Shown one piece after another: positions 9,844-23,103 of a stretch of DNA of 64,000 nucleotides. The position numbers were made by a program, and so were the translations under genes. Within the stretch, counting starts at the first letter, position 1, and each line of letters opens with the position of its first letter. The DNA is from Prasinococcaceae sp. CCMP 1430. Taxonomy: Eukaryota; Plantae; Prasinodermophyta. The stretch spans positions 580,036-644,035 of the forward strand of contig RQSC01000032.1 in the NCBI GenBank assembly GCA_013416795.1, in the 5' to 3' direction. A model generated the notes under the pieces. It ran no database searches, was not told where the DNA came from, and saw only the letters and a program-made list of their open reading frames with translations.

Positions 9844-12257
9844 ATGCAGCAGGTGGGCCTCGGCACGAGGCGGGCGGACAGCGCTACAGCGCAGGCGCGC
9901 CGCGCGGGCGACGCTGCTGTGCGAGCGGGGCGCCTTCCCGATGGCAAGGAGAACGTGCACGAGGCGATCGAGGCAAAGGTCGCCACGCTGCGCGTGGCGC
10001 ACCGCGTATCATGGAATGAGGGCGGCGAGGTGGCGCGCGACCAAAGGTACTTCCTGACTGCCAAGGGTTCCTTCGAACGCGCGGCGCTTTCCACCTCGGC
10101 CAACCGTCGCTTCCACTTGGGTCTCGACTCGGTGATGTCCATCGACAAGCCGCTGAGCGTCGATACCAGTGCGCCTGTGACGAGGCCGGGCAGCGCCAAG
10201 CCGTACGTACCGCCGGTTGACTCCGAAGAGGTCGAGCGCCAGCGCGAGCGGCTGCGCGTGCTCGTCGCACGCAGGGAGGAGGCTCGCGCGGCGCTCGCCG
10301 CTCGCCGCGAGAAACGCGAGGCTTCGGGCGTGCGCGCCGCACCCAGGCCGAGCTCGTCGTCGCGGCGCGTGGGGCTTGGAGCGCGCGCTGGTCTTCCTGA
10401 CGCGCGCGGCCGCTGCGAGGCATCTGCCGTGCCCTGCGTCGCAATGCCCTTCAGCGACGCTCGTGGGCCAGCATTGGGCTTGCGCAATCCTCGCCCTCAC
10501 AACGCGCAGCCGCCGCCTTCGCTACGCGCGTTTCCGCGCCGGCACAACCGGCCCGCCTCTGCGCTGAGTGAAGTGGTGGAAGCCATCGGGTGCGAGTACG
10601 AGGAGGGTCTGACGGGAGGCTACGCCGCCGAGCAGCGGCGGGCAGGACCAATGCCGGCAGAAGAGCGCTCAAGTTTGCTGAGCACCACGCGTGGTCATCC
10701 TGGCCACGCGCATGGCTGGAATGCAAACGCGCAACCCAAGACGTGGGACTATTGGCACAAGCATGCCAAGGGATCGTTTGGGCGCGCGCTGATGCAACTG
10801 CCCGAGGGCTCGGTGCAGAGGCAGCGCCTAAAGGGGCTGCTGGAGCGCGAGGCCGGACGAGGGGCGCTCGTAGGCTATCAGGTCCGAAATCGACGCAATG
10901 AAGAGGCAGCGCGCGCACGACGCGCTGCGCTGAGCCGCTCGGCCTCACGCTCCGCGCTCGCCTGGCGCCGCGCCGCGCGTGAAGCGCTGGAGAGGCGCAC
11001 CGAGCGCGTGGTACAAAGCACCTCAGCATTTCCGCGTGCCAATGGATTTGCGTCGCATGGGCCACTCGGCCGCAAAGGCCACGGTGCTGGCGCGGGAGCC
11101 GCCCGGCCGTCGAGTTGCCCTGCGGGGAACTACCGGGCCGTCTCGAGGGGGGGCCGGGTCGAGGAGGTAAGTGCTGAGCGCTCGCCCGTTTGCAAGCCCG
11201 CGCATTTGCAAGCCCAGTCGTGTGCGCGTGGCAAGCTCGGAGCGCGCGGCTTGCTCGTACGACCAAACCTGTGGTTGCATGTCATCGAGACCTGACACTG
11301 ACAGATTCGCACTGGCAGAAGCAGATGGGCGCACCTGTGCCCACGCCGGCCCTCATGGCTCGACGCATGTCAGCTTCGGCGATCCCGGACCTTCTCGGCG
11401 CCTGCGCTCTGCGCCAGAGTGCCTCAAGTCCTCGCGGTCCCGAAAAGCTCGACGGAGTCTCGGCTGCAGACATCGCGGAAGCAGCCAAAGTCCTGACGCA
11501 GGCGCGCCTCGGCTCGGTTGGAGGCAGGACGTCCGCCCGTGGGCTCCCGCGAAGCGCGCGACCGACGGCGCCTCGCAGTGCCAAAGTGGAGAAGGAAGCG
11601 GATGAGCTCGAAGTGCGGAGGCGCAGACCGTCCACCGCACTACCGCAGCATTTGTATCGCCAAGCAGCGGAGCGTGTGGCGGCGGAGCGGCGCGTGCCCG
11701 TTGGCCCCATGCACGCACCGCAGCGGTCTTGGAGCGCGGCGGCAGAGGTGCAATCGCCACGCCAGGTCCAGAACAGTCCAGCAGAGCTTGCGCTGGAGGA
11801 ATCTAAAGCCTTCGAAGAGCTTGACGAGGGCCTCATCATCGACGACGATGAAGACGCCGAAGCAGCCATCGTCGAAGCGGCGATCGAGAAGGAGGTTGAA
11901 TTGTACACGCATCGCTGCTCACAGGGCAGGGCGGGCACGCACAGAGGGGCAGCCGCGGCGCTTCAGCCGCAGACGCGGCCACAAAGACCGGGCTCCGCAC
12001 TCGGGTTTGGCAACCTCGCTCATCGCACGCCACCCTCGGCGGAGCGCGCGCGCGGGCTCGCAGGCACGATACGCGCAACCAGTGGCCCTACCCCAGCAGT
12101 CCCAGCGCTTGAGCTCGATGGCGCAGAGATAAGCGCCACCGCTGCGGCAGCAGCCGCAGTGAGCAAAGCCTTTGCGTCGCAGCCTCTGCGCTTGCCTCCC
12201 CAGTGGCGCGCGGCGCCGCCGCCGCTGCTTGACAGCTCAGACTCAGACGAAGGGTGA
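9844..12257 (+). CDS. Hypothetical spliced protein with a coiled-coil segment
   Basis: Long protein-like frames 9844-11166 and about 11296-12257, with a GAG|GTAAGT donor at 11167. No family recognised. Confidence 0.45.
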
Positions 12258-12475
12258 GGATCCATAATATATCCAAATCAAAGCTGCTCCGCACACACGC
12301 ACGATGACGGTCCGTTGCGCGCGCGCGCACTCGCTCACCGATGTCGTCCGCATGCCAAGCTCCGTGGGTGCCCAGCATGGTGGGTCGAGTACTTGCACAA
12401 TCCCAAGGTCTCGTCACGGTACTGAAGTAGTCATTTACAGAAGAGCCGCGCCAGCCAGCAGCGAATTCAACAAAA

Positions 12476-13200
12476 TCATACAGACAGGAGCATGGGGGGT
12501 GGTGGGCGGGTGGGGGTGAGGAGGGCTTCATCGTCGAGAGGGGTGGCCAAGAGAGAGTTATTCCTCATCGAAGCTGAGGATCTTGCCTCCACCGATGAGG
12601 TTTTTATTGCGCCCTGAGGAGGTTCCGAGCGGGCGGGTCGGGCGCGTGCGGTCAGCGGCGCACATTCGACGGCCGGCGGCGCTTTGGGCAGCGCGCGTGG
12701 AAGGCGGCCTCGACGGCGCCTTCGACTAAAGGTCGCACCTGCAGAGGAAAGCTCCTTGGCCGCCTGGCCGTTCGCCATGTAAACAGCTGGGTCGAACCCC
12801 AGGCCGTTGATCTTTGCCGCGCCCTCCTTGCGACGGGCAGCAACGGCAGCGTTGGTCTGCGGGAACCCGGGCTCAATCGTGTCGAGCGCGAAGGGGGCCT
12901 CGCGGGCGGCGCCGATTCCGTACGAGCGCTGTCCAGCCACCGTACCGATGGGCGTCACGAGATTGGTGAGAGCGTCAGCGGGCAGGGTGGCGTGCATGCA
13001 GTCGCCGCCTCCCTGTGGCCATGAGAGCCATCACGCGCACGGGGGAGCGTCGCACCTTTCCCTGGCGAGGCTGCGCCATGTCCTCGGGTTGCGCGCTGGC
13101 ATCCGAGGAGTACAGAAGCGTCTTCATCGACGACGCGTGGCGGTTGAAAATCTTCTTGCCGCCGGCGCCCGCGACGGGCACGTCGTTGTTGAGGCTGCGT
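12476..13200 (-). CDS. Hypothetical spliced protein
   Basis: Protein-like segments GKKIFNRHASSMKTLLY and MHATLPADALTNLVTPIG... can be joined by a short AAG|GTGCG...CACAG| intron. Boundaries uncertain. Confidence 0.4.
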
Positions 13201-14225
13201 GCGACCGGCGGGGGTCCGAGGCGGAGCCGCGGCGGGGGATGCGAGTGATTTGGATGGGGCGCCAGCAGGACGGCGGGGGCGCCGCGCGTCAGGTGACGCC
13301 TGCAACTACCAGGGCGGCCGCACGCGCCTTGGCCAGCCAAGGCCGCAGGCGCGCACGCGATCCGGCGCTTGTCGCGCTCACAGACCCCAAGGGCGCGGCG
13401 CGCGCGTCCGCCTCTCCGCCCCGCGGTCGATCGCATCTCCGCGCTGCGGTGCGTTCGCGCGCGGCGCGCGATCGGACGTAGCGCCGACGCTGCGACTGCC
13501 CCTAAGTCTGAGCGCGCGTCCCGTTCCGTCGCCCGCCGGCCCCCTCCCCGCCCCCTTTCCAGCGCGCACCCGCCCAGGACCACACACGTCGCATGCACAC
13601 GCGCTGGCACACACACCGTTGTTGGACGTGGTATGCGCGATGATCCATCCAGCCGGCTCGGCCCGCGCGCGGTCAAAGCTGTGCATCGACCGACCGACCG
13701 GGGGAACTCGGGGGAACCAACCCGTTACGTCCCGGAGCATGTGCCGGGCACACCCGATCGCAGATGTGATCTGGCCACCGCCACCCTTCCGAACGTCCGA
13801 CCGACGCGACGCCGCATCGCATCCGATCAAACCTGCGGGAACGAAACTCGTTTCTTCCGTATACAAATGCACCTCGTGCCGTGTGTCAACGTTTGCATTG
13901 TTTGGCATTGAAAATGTCGTAAACCCTAACCCCAAATGCGTCATGGGGTTGTGCGACCCGAGGTCATCATCAAGAGACGGAGATCTTTTTGTGGGGGGGC
14001 GGACGGTCGGACCGAGCCGCGCGCGCGCGCCGTTCGAAAGCGCGCGCCGCGGCGCAAACCGCCCCATCGAAACGCACCTTTTTCGCGCGCCCCCGCGCTC
14101 GCGGCGTTTCCCGCCGGCGCGCGACGCCGCGATACCACGCGACGAGCCCTTGCAAATTTCAAGCCTTTGGTTTTTTCCCCCCTTTTTTTTTCCGGGCGTC
14201 GCGCGCGCGGCGAGGACGCACTTCC

Positions 14226-14420
14226 CATCAAAATCAGAGGCGCCTTCCGGATCGTTTCCCGGAGTTTTCCGCGTTTCGTTTGCCCTCTCTCTCCTTTGTT
14301 TTGAAAAATGCAGTATTATTATTTTCCTCACATCAAAATCAGAGGCGCTTTCCGTGTCATTCCCCGGAGTTTTCCGCGTGTCGTTTGCCCTCTCTCCCCT
14401 TTGTTTTAAAAATACAGTAA
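14226..14420. repeat. Imperfect direct repeat, two copies of about 90 bp with a 105-bp period, in an AT-richer non-coding island
   Basis: CATCAAAATCAGAGGCGC...GGAGTTTTCCGCG...TCGTTTGCCCTCTCT...CAGTA at 14226 and 14331, differing by scattered substitutions and one indel. Confidence 0.9.
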
Positions 14421-14925
14421 TTGTCCGCATCGGCGCGAAGCGTTTTTTTTTTTCGAGGTGCGCCCACACAACCGATTTAACGACGAACAAACCAACGAAT
14501 CAACCAACGAACCAACCAACGAAACGGGGGAAAAAAACGTTTGACCAAAGGCGGCCGAAGAACAAAAACATTCCCGAAGTGTTTGACTTTTCCCCTAAGT
14601 GTTGGAATAACCCCTGACTCCCAAAAAAATTTCTGAAGTGTTTTCACCCTTACCCCCTAAGTGCCCCTTAAGTGTGTAGACACGCCCATCCGAAGGCCGC
14701 ACTTTGAAGAGCTCGTAACCCAAACCTCCGCGCCCCCCCCCCACGCGGCCCGCGGGAGCGTCGACGCGCCCGTCACCAATGCGTTCTGATGAACATTTTA
14801 AACCCTTGTATGAATTAACCTTAAAAAGGCCGCCCGAGGCGCCGCCGGGTCCGCCGCGCCGCGCCGGGGAACCGCGCGGCAGCGGCCGTGGCTGCGTGCG
14901 CGCGTCGGCGGCGGCGGCGGCGCGC

Positions 14926-14984
14926 GTGTGTGTGCGTGTGTGTGCGTGTGTGTGCGTGTGTGCGTGTGTGTGTGCGTGTGTGTG

Positions 14985-15047
<63 letters not shown>
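14926..15047. repeat. (TG)n microsatellite with CG interruptions
   Basis: Directly visible TG dinucleotide run. Confidence 0.97.
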
Positions 15048-15049
<2 letters not shown>

Positions 15050-15253
15050 ACCCGGTGTCCGTAAGCGCCCGAGTCGGCGCTCACTGGACCCCTTCGTGCG
15101 GCGCGCCCCGTGGCACACGTTGCCGCAAGCGCGAGGGGGCTCCACTGGCTGGGGACCAACTTCGTCGGCAGCGCAGGCGCCAGCTCCGCCGCCGGCGCCC
15201 CCGCCGCCGTGGCCGGCAACTCCGGCCGAGGCGGCGGCGACCGCGGCAGCGCC

Positions 15254-17134
15254 ATGCCGAACTTCGCCCTGCTGCAAACGGAGGACCGCGCAGAGCCGCT
15301 CAACTTAGCCCTCTCGGCCAATGCCGAGGTGCGTGGCGTGCAACGCACCATGGTCGAGGCATGGGCGCTCGCGCACGACGCGTTCTTCGACGCGAGCCTT
15401 ACCGGGCAGGCGTGGGGCTCGGCGCTTGAGGGCGCGATGCGCCGCGCCGCGCACGCGAGCACCGCCTCCGAGGCGCATGCTGTGCTCGACGGCATGATGG
15501 CATCGCTCGGCGACAGATATTCGCGCGTGCTCGTCGCGCCTGACGCGGAGGCTTTCATGTCGCGCGGCAAGAAGAACTTGGAGGGCGTGGGCGTGGTGGT
15601 GCGGACGAACGCGCGCCAGGACGCAGCCATCGTGCTGGCGCCCGTGGAGGGCGGACCCGCCGCGGCCGCGGGAATCAAGGCGGGAGACATCATCACCGCA
15701 GTCGATGGGACGCCCGTCAACGAGCTCACCGCCCAGGGCGTGGACGTCGCCACGAAATTGCGGGGCGAGGCAGGCACGGCCGTGCGACTCACGGTGGACA
15801 CGCCACGAGACGCCGGCGTGGGCGGGGTGGTCAGCCGCGACGCCGTCGGAGCGGGCGGATCCATTCGCGCTGGCGGGGTCGCCCATGCGCGCCCAAATGC
15901 GCGCCCACGCGAGCTCTCGCTGCGGCGGCGCCGCGTGAGGATGCGCGAAGTGGTGTCGCGCGCCGTCTTCGTCCCCAAAGTGTCCGCGCCGCGCACCGCC
16001 GCGCACAGGCACCGACACAAGCTTGGATACATCCGCCTCTCTACCTTCGGGGAGAGCGCCGCGGCTGAGATGAGCGCCGCCATCGAGCGACTGAGCGCCC
16101 GTGGGTGCGATCACTTCGTGCTTGACCTCCGTTCGAACAGCGGGGGCCTCGTAACGGCGGGGCTCCAGACCGCCGCGCTGTGGCTTGACGGGGAAACCAC
16201 AGTGGCGGCCGTCTACGGCAGGGGTGGCTCAGCGCAGCGCGTGGACACGCCGCGGCAGATGGTCGCAGCGACGCACGCGCCGCTCGCGGTGCTCGTCAAC
16301 AAGGGCAGCGCATCGGCCACTGAGATCGCCACGGCGGCACTGCAGGTGAGCGCGCAGTGCGCGTATCGGCGCTGTGTCAAACGCCTTTGACTGCGCCTGC
16401 GCGCGGTGTCAAACGCGTTCCGTCGCTGGCCGCTTGCTGACTGCAGCGCTGCCGCAGGACAACGAGCGGGCCGTGGTCGTGGGCGAGCGCACGTACGGCA
16501 AGGGGCGCATCCAGGAAGTCTTTGACCTTTCAGCGGGTTCGAAGCTCTTCCTCACGGTGGCTACGTACAAGTCGCCGGTGCACTTCCATCCCATCGACGG
16601 CGTCGGCGTCGCGCCAGACATCAAGTGCACGGTGACGCCCAGGCGCGTGATGGCGCTTGCGCAGTAGTCCGCTTCGCTCTGACGGCGTGCGAGCGCGCGC
16701 GCGCGTCGCGCGGGTTTCGAGCAGTCGTGCTGACACTCGAAGCTTCCTCTCGGCGCCCCGTCCTCCTTCCCATGCCATGCTCTACTGCAACGCAGGGAGA
16801 CGCTACCTGCGGCAGCCGCGCGTGCGGCGGCGCTGGCGCCGCCCACCATGGATCACATCGCGCGGGCCATGCGTGGGGGGGAGAATGGCACCGCCCGCAA
16901 GCTCACGCGCGGGACGGGCCTCGCCGCGGAGGTGCTGGCCGACTCGTGCGTGCTCAAGGCAGAAGAGACGTGCGTCGCGCGGCTTCGCCCAGCCCTTGCG
17001 TGCGTTCTCGGTGCCCCGCGCGTCCGCGCGCCTGCAAGTGCGCGGGCTGACACGGATCCGCGCGCGACATTCGCAGGCTCGTGGGCAAGATGGACGCTGA
17101 GACGGCGGGGGTGACTAGTAGCCGCGACGTCTGA
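15254..17134 (+). CDS. ctpA: C-terminal processing peptidase (S41, D1-processing CtpA family) with PDZ domain; start and last exons approximate
   Basis: GVGVVV...[25 protein letters not shown], catalytic SASATE and TYGKG. Intron about 16346-16457. Downstream segment [13 protein letters not shown] resembles the plant CtpA C-terminus. Confidence 0.88.
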
Positions 17135-17180
17135 GAGGCGCGTTGAGTGTGCACGAGAGCGATCAGATGTGTGTAGAGAG

Positions 17181-18630
17181 TTAGAAAAGGCTGCCCTGCA
17201 CGTCCACCTCGTTGGCCCAAATGTCCTCGTAATTCTGCCTCTTGCGGATCACGTGCAGCGTCTTGTCTCCGCCCACCATGACCTCGGCCGCCTCGGGGAA
17301 GGAGTTGTAGTTCTTCGTGGACATGCCAGCGCAGTAGGCGCCGGAGCCCTCCATGACGATCAGATCGCCCACCTCCGCGGCGCCCAGCGCGCGCTCGGTG
17401 ATCACCTCGGGCTCGTCGGGCGCGGGCGTCATGAGGTCACCCGACTCGCAGCAGTGTCCGACAACCACGTACGACTCGTCGCCCTCGGCGGCGGTGCCGC
17501 CGTTCTTCACCAGCACGATAGGGTGCTGCGCGCCGTACAGGCTCGGGCGGAGAACCTCGGTCATGCCAGAGTCGAGCTGCGCGGGGCGGCGGGTCAGCAT
17601 GCGCCGCCTCAGGTCGCGGCGCGGCAGTCACACGCCAAAGCCGCGCGGCGTGAGCAACTTCTTTTCCATCCGCGCTCTGCCTCACCTTGATGAAGTTGTG
17701 GCCCTCCGCGCCCGTCGACACCACGTCCTGCACGGCGGTGACGAGCGCGCCCGCGTTGGCCAGCAGGAAGGTGCCCGGCTCGATCTCGAGGGCGAGCTCG
17801 CGGCCAGTCTCCTCCGCGAACGCGCGGAAGGCGTCGGTGACCGGCTCGCCCACCACCTGCAGGTCGGTGGACGCCTCGTACGACATGCGGCCCACCTTGT
17901 AGCCACCGCCCAGGTTGAGGTGCGTGACGTCGGGGAACTGCCTGCACAGGTCGAGGCTCATGCCGGACACCTTCTGCCACACCGCCGGGTCGGAGCCCGA
18001 GCCGATGTGCGTGTGGATGCGCACGACCTTGAGGTCGTGCGCAGCGGCGATCTCCTGGCATTCCGGGAGGCTCTCGTGCCAGATGCCGAAGCTGGACGAC
18101 GGGCCGCCCACGTTGGTCTTGCCGGTGCCGCCCGAGCCCAGCCCCGGGTTGAAGCGCAGGCCGACCTCGCCGCCGGGGAAGGCCGCGCCAAAGCGGCGGA
18201 GCTGCTCCAGCGAGCACGCGTTCACCTTGACGCCCAGCTCGACGAGCTCCGCGAAGAAGTCCGGAAGCTCCTGCGTGGAGAGCGAGATGTTCTCCGGGGG
18301 CACGCCCGCGGCCATCGCGCGGCGCACCTCGTAGCCGGAGGAGGCGTCGATGTGGAGGCCCTCGTCGTTGAAGAGCTTGAGGATGGCCGCGTTGGGCGAC
18401 GCCTTCATCGCGTAGCGCACCGTCAGGCCGTACGCGTTGGGGAACGCGAGCGCCTTCTGGGCCTGCGCGCGCAGCGTGGTCGCGTCGTACACGAACGACG
18501 GCGTGCCCGCGCAGCCGCGCACAGCCTCGGCGAGCTCGGGCGTGAGGAAGCCGAGCGTGTCCTTGGCGCCGGCGGTCGGCGGGCTCGCCGCGATGGCGGC
18601 CGCGGACACGTCGCGGCTGCCGCCGGCCAT
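17181..18630 (-). CDS. lysA: Diaminopimelate decarboxylase
   Basis: PLP-lysine motif [30 protein letters not shown] and GAYCAGM. Intron 17577-17685. Confidence 0.95.
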
Positions 18631-19350
18631 CCTCGCGGTGCGCGGCGCGCGGCTGCGCCGCGCGTGAGCCGCTCGCGACGGTCCTCGCCGCGCTCATCGG
18701 ACGCGAGGCTGTTCCCGCCGGGAACACCCACGTGCAGTGTGGCGCGGGGCGGCACCACCGCGCGGGAATGCCTCCCGCTCGCCCCTCCACCCTCGCTCGC
18801 CCGCGCGGCGGCGCCACACGCCCCTGCCGCCGCCGCCGCCGCCGCCGGGATTCGATTCAGGTCCGCCCGCTCCGGCCTGCCGCGCTTCGAATCCCCTCCG
18901 TGGGTGAGGCCCGGGGCGACCCCCTATTTCGTCAAACCTTCCTCCGTGAATGCGAGACCATCCCAACTGATACCCGGTCTTGCCGCCTTCGACACCCGGT
19001 CTGTGCGCCGGTCCCAGCCGCGGATTCGTCCGGGTTCCGCAGTCCCCGCCGCGCGCGCACTTTCCGCCTCCGCCGCCGCTTCCGCCGGCGGGCCCCAAGG
19101 TCGCGGGAAGTCGCGCGCGAAATTGTGCCGCTCCGAATGTTCGAATGCATCCTCTCGTCAGCGATCAAATAGACAGTACTTAAAAAAACAGCCTGCGGGA
19201 GCGCGCCCGGCAGGTGCGGGGCCGCCGCGGTGCCAATGCTCACGGGCCCGACCAACGCGCCGCATCCATTTAGGGTAGGACAGACCCCTAACAATACAGT
19301 ATTGATTTTTAAATTGTTTATGATTAGATTTATGAACCCTGACTATCGTT

Positions 19351-21116
19351 GTGTGGCGATGCGTTTTGACACGCGCCTTATCTGCTTCGTGCGGCGGCGG
19401 CTGCCGGGGTGTGTGCCACGCGGGCGCGGGCCAGGCCACAGCGGGCGCGCCTCGCGCGAGGCGCGCGCCTCCTCGTGCCGCTGCGTACGCGACGCGCGTG
19501 CGCACAGCAGCTGCGGCGACGCCAGCGCCCGCGGCGCCCGCTGGCGACGCAGACGCGGAGGAGGATGCGCCATCGCGTGCGGGCGTCGGCGCTATTTTGA
19601 GGTATGCGCTGCCATCCGTCGCAGTGGCGACCGGCGCACCTGCCAACACGATGATCGACTCGCTCGCTGTGGGGCTGGCATCCACCACGAGCGACCTTGC
19701 CGCGCTCGGCGCCAACGGGGCGGTGTTCAACTTCATCACGTACGCGCTCACGGGCCTCTCTATGTCGACCCTCAGCCTCGTCGGCGCGGAGAGGGAGAAA
19801 GGTGGCACAGCGGTTGCAGCAGATGCGGAGCCGGTCGCCAAGCTCGGTGCCGAGGGTGACGGCAGCGGCGCGGCGCGGCGTCCTCTGTCGCAACGCAGCG
19901 GCCAGATCGTCTGCGTGGCGTTGCTTTTCGCGTTGTTCCTAGGCGCGGCGGCCACCGTGTCGCTGTGGTGCCTCGGCGAGCGAGTGCTGCTACTGGACGA
20001 TCCTGATGCGCTCGCGCGCGCGGCCTCGTATCTGCACGTGCGCGCGGTCTCGCTCCCCGCCGTGCTGCTCACGATGGTCGCCAACAGCGCGCTCTTCGCG
20101 CAAAAAGATTCGGTGACGCCCGCTCGTGCTGTCGCCGCGTCTTGCGCACTCAACGCGGCGGGCAACGCGCTCAACGCGTTCTTGTTCAAGCAAGGCGTGG
20201 CAGGCACCGCGTGGGCGACGGTGGTTGCTGAGGTTGCCGTCGCGGCCATCATGCTGCGCGCGCTCGCGCGCAGCGGCGCGTACGCGCTCCCAGTGGGCGG
20301 GGTCGCAGACGACGGCGGCGAGTGGAAGGCACCGTCGCTGGGGACGTTTGCGCGCTTCGGGGCATCCGCAGCGCCACTCTGCGCAATGTACGTGCTCAAG
20401 AATCTGTGCTACTTAATCATTCAGTCGGCGGGGGTGTGTCTCGGAGTCGTCAAGACGGCGGCACACCAGGCAGTTTGGGCGGTCTGGGCACTCTGGTGCG
20501 TATGCGCGACCACCTCCCTCCCCTTTCCTGCGTCTGCGATGCCCGCGCGCGGTGCGTCTCACGAGCGTGCGTTCACTTTCTGGTTGCATGCTGACAGCGG
20601 CGTTCTCGCGCGTGAAGCACCTTCTGCACCACGCCATTCGAGCACACGGTCCTCGCCTTCCTTCCGGGCGCGCGCGGCGACACGCGCGAGCGCGCGCGCC
20701 TGCTGCGCACGATCCTCGGGCTATCCACGAGCTTCGGCCTGACGCTCGGCGCTCTGGTGGCCGCGTTGCCCCACGTTGCGCCGTGGCTGCTCACGCCCGA
20801 CAGGGCAGTCTGGGAGGCGATGCGGGTGACCAGCCTGCCCGCCATGCTCGCGCTGGCGTTGTGCGGCTGCGAGATGGCTCTCTCTGGGGCGCTCATTGAG
20901 CGCGGACTCTTTCGAGCCCAGACTGCCGGAATGCTGCTCACTCTGGGCGTCACCGTGGCGTACTTCTACACCCAATGGGCGGCGCTCGACATCGGCGTGG
21001 TGTGGTGGGGGGTCGCGCTCTTCTTTTTCGCGCGAACCTCGTTCTCCGCCCTGTGGCTGGCGCTGTTCGGCCGGGCGAGAGACCGCGGCGCCCGAGGCGC
21101 CGCCGCGCCCGCGTGA
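19351..21116 (+). CDS. MATE-family transporter (EDS5/DTX46-like, probably plastid); start unresolved
   Basis: ILRYALPSVAV...MIDSLAVG, LAALGAN, YLHVRAVSLPA, GVAGTAWATV and AAHQ motifs with many TM segments. Intron 20496-20617. TGTAA at 21139. Confidence 0.88.
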
Positions 21117-21259
21117 TGAACTGCGACGGCGACACTGTTGTAAGATATGTAGCGGGACGCGCAAAGCCTCGGAAGTTCGGCGCGCTGAGTGTGAGCCGCG
21201 ATGCTTTGTGGTACACCGCCGAGGCGGTTTATCATTACAGAATTGCGGGGTTCGAGCTC

Positions 21260-22621
21260 TCACGCGAGCAGCTTGACCGAGCGCTTGTGGAGGTTCTGAG
21301 AGGTCCCCAAGCGTGTGCGTGGCGCGCGAGCAGCGTGTCAGCGTCAAGGCCGATGGCGCGCTAGCAACCAGCTGGCGCGCGCATGCTACAGCGCGCATAC
21401 CTTCACCACCTTGCCGAGCGCCTCGATGGTTTCGAGCGCCGCGGGGTAGAGCTTGTCCTCGACCACCTCATCGAAGACCACGAGGTTGCCGCTGCCCTGG
21501 TCGAGCGTGCCCTTGAGCTTGTCATCCAGGATCATCTGCGACAACTTCTTCTCCACGGCAGGCAGGGGCAGGTTGATCAGCTCCGCGAGGTGCGAAATTT
21601 CAACCTGGCTGAAGGGCTCGATGAGACGCTTGAGGTTCTTCTCGAGCATGGTGTCGTAAAGCGCGCCCAGGTGGGTCTTGAGCACGGGGTCGCCCGTCAG
21701 GTGCTCTGCGTAGGTCTCGAGCGCCTTCTCGAAAGCGGCCAGCGAGCGCTCTGTGAACGCGTCCGCGACTGCCTTGAGCGAGTCAACCTGCGGGCCGGCG
21801 TACTTGAGCGCGTTTTTGGTGCTAATGATAGCGTTGATGTCCTCGGTGTTGGCGCCCATCACCTTGCACAGCAGCATGTACTTGAGCGCGCGCACGGCGT
21901 TGGTGGAGTCCTCCAGGGAGCTGAATTGCTCGAAGGCCTCGAAGAAGTACGAGTACGCCGTGCGGAAGTCGCCCTCCTCCGCGCCGACGATGCCGGTCTG
22001 GGTGTCGAGCTGCGCCTGCATGGACGGAGGCACGTAGATCGCGTTGGCCGCGGTGCGCGCGGCGGTCAGGCCCGCCTTTGACTTGGGCATGTTGCGCAAC
22101 GCCAGGTGCGCGCGGCTCTCCAGCAGGTGGATCTCCACGAGCTGCGCCTTGTCGTCCAGCCGCTTCACCTCTGTGAGCAGCGACGTGAGCAACGCAAGTG
22201 CGGGCTGGTAGTCCTTCGCGTCGAGCTGCAGCGACGCCAGGCGCGTCTCCACGCGCTGGCGCAGGAAGGTGCGCTTCTCCGCGGAACTCCACTCGCGGAT
22301 CTCTGTGCACAGCGCCACCTGCAGAGCCACCGTGCCCGGGATCTGTGCCACCATGTCGAGCAGCATGCGCACGATCTTGGCGGTCTTCGCCTTGGGCACG
22401 GTCGCGAAGAACGGCCGCAGCTCGGCGAGCAGCGCGCGGATCGGCTCCCCCTGGCCCTCCTTGACGTACAGCGCGCCGAGCTTGGCCACCGCGTCCTCCT
22501 TGGCCTTGATGGCGTCCGCGCCGCCGGCGCCGGCGTCGCGCACGACCGCGAGGTAGGCGGCCGCGGCCGCATCCGGCGGGAGCTCCGCCGCTCGTGCCAC
22601 CTGATCCTCGAGCGACGCCAT
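21260..22621 (-). CDS. RPN6: 26S proteasome lid subunit RPN6; exons 22621-21401 and 21295-21260
   Basis: PKAKTAKIVR, KRTFLRQR, KRLDDK, TAYSYFFEAFE and EKKLSQMILD motifs. The spliced end reads GKVVKNLHKRSVKLLA*. Confidence 0.97.
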
Positions 22622-23103
22622 CGCCGCGCGCCCCGCCGCTCCGCCGAGCGACGTGGTCCCACAAGGGATACAACTACCACTCGCGGTGTAGCGCGACCCC
22701 GGCCCCGCCCTCATGGCTCGCGGCGCGCGGGGCCTCGCGCGCGCGCGCGCGCTCGAAATTAGATCTCGCAGGACAAAACGCAGCAAACAAAACGCGAATG
22801 AATCATCCAATGCATTTCCGGCCTTTTCGCGGGGTCGAAGTCGAATGAACGCGCGCGAGATGGCCGACACAGCGACAGCGGGAGCGTTCCGCTCCGCTCG
22901 GCGCACCGCCGGGGCGGCTGGGATGTGCGCGCGACCGCGCGGCCCGTGCGTGCGCCCCCGCGCGAGAGTTCAGCGGCGGCAGCGGGGAGCTGTCCAAGTC
23001 GTGACACGAGGCGTGTCCGTCGGATCCCAACGTACAAAAACTACCGCTTTACCTTGCAGGCGCCACGGCAGCGCCCCCCCGCGTCATGTCAGCACGGCGC
23101 CCC

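Noticed and set aside
18700-19150. Possible lysine riboswitch or tRNA upstream of lysA (TTCGAATCC near 18886)
   Set aside because: I found no AGAGGYGC-type core on the sense strand, and the bases flanking TTCGAAT do not form a T-stem or cloverleaf. An Rfam scan would settle it.
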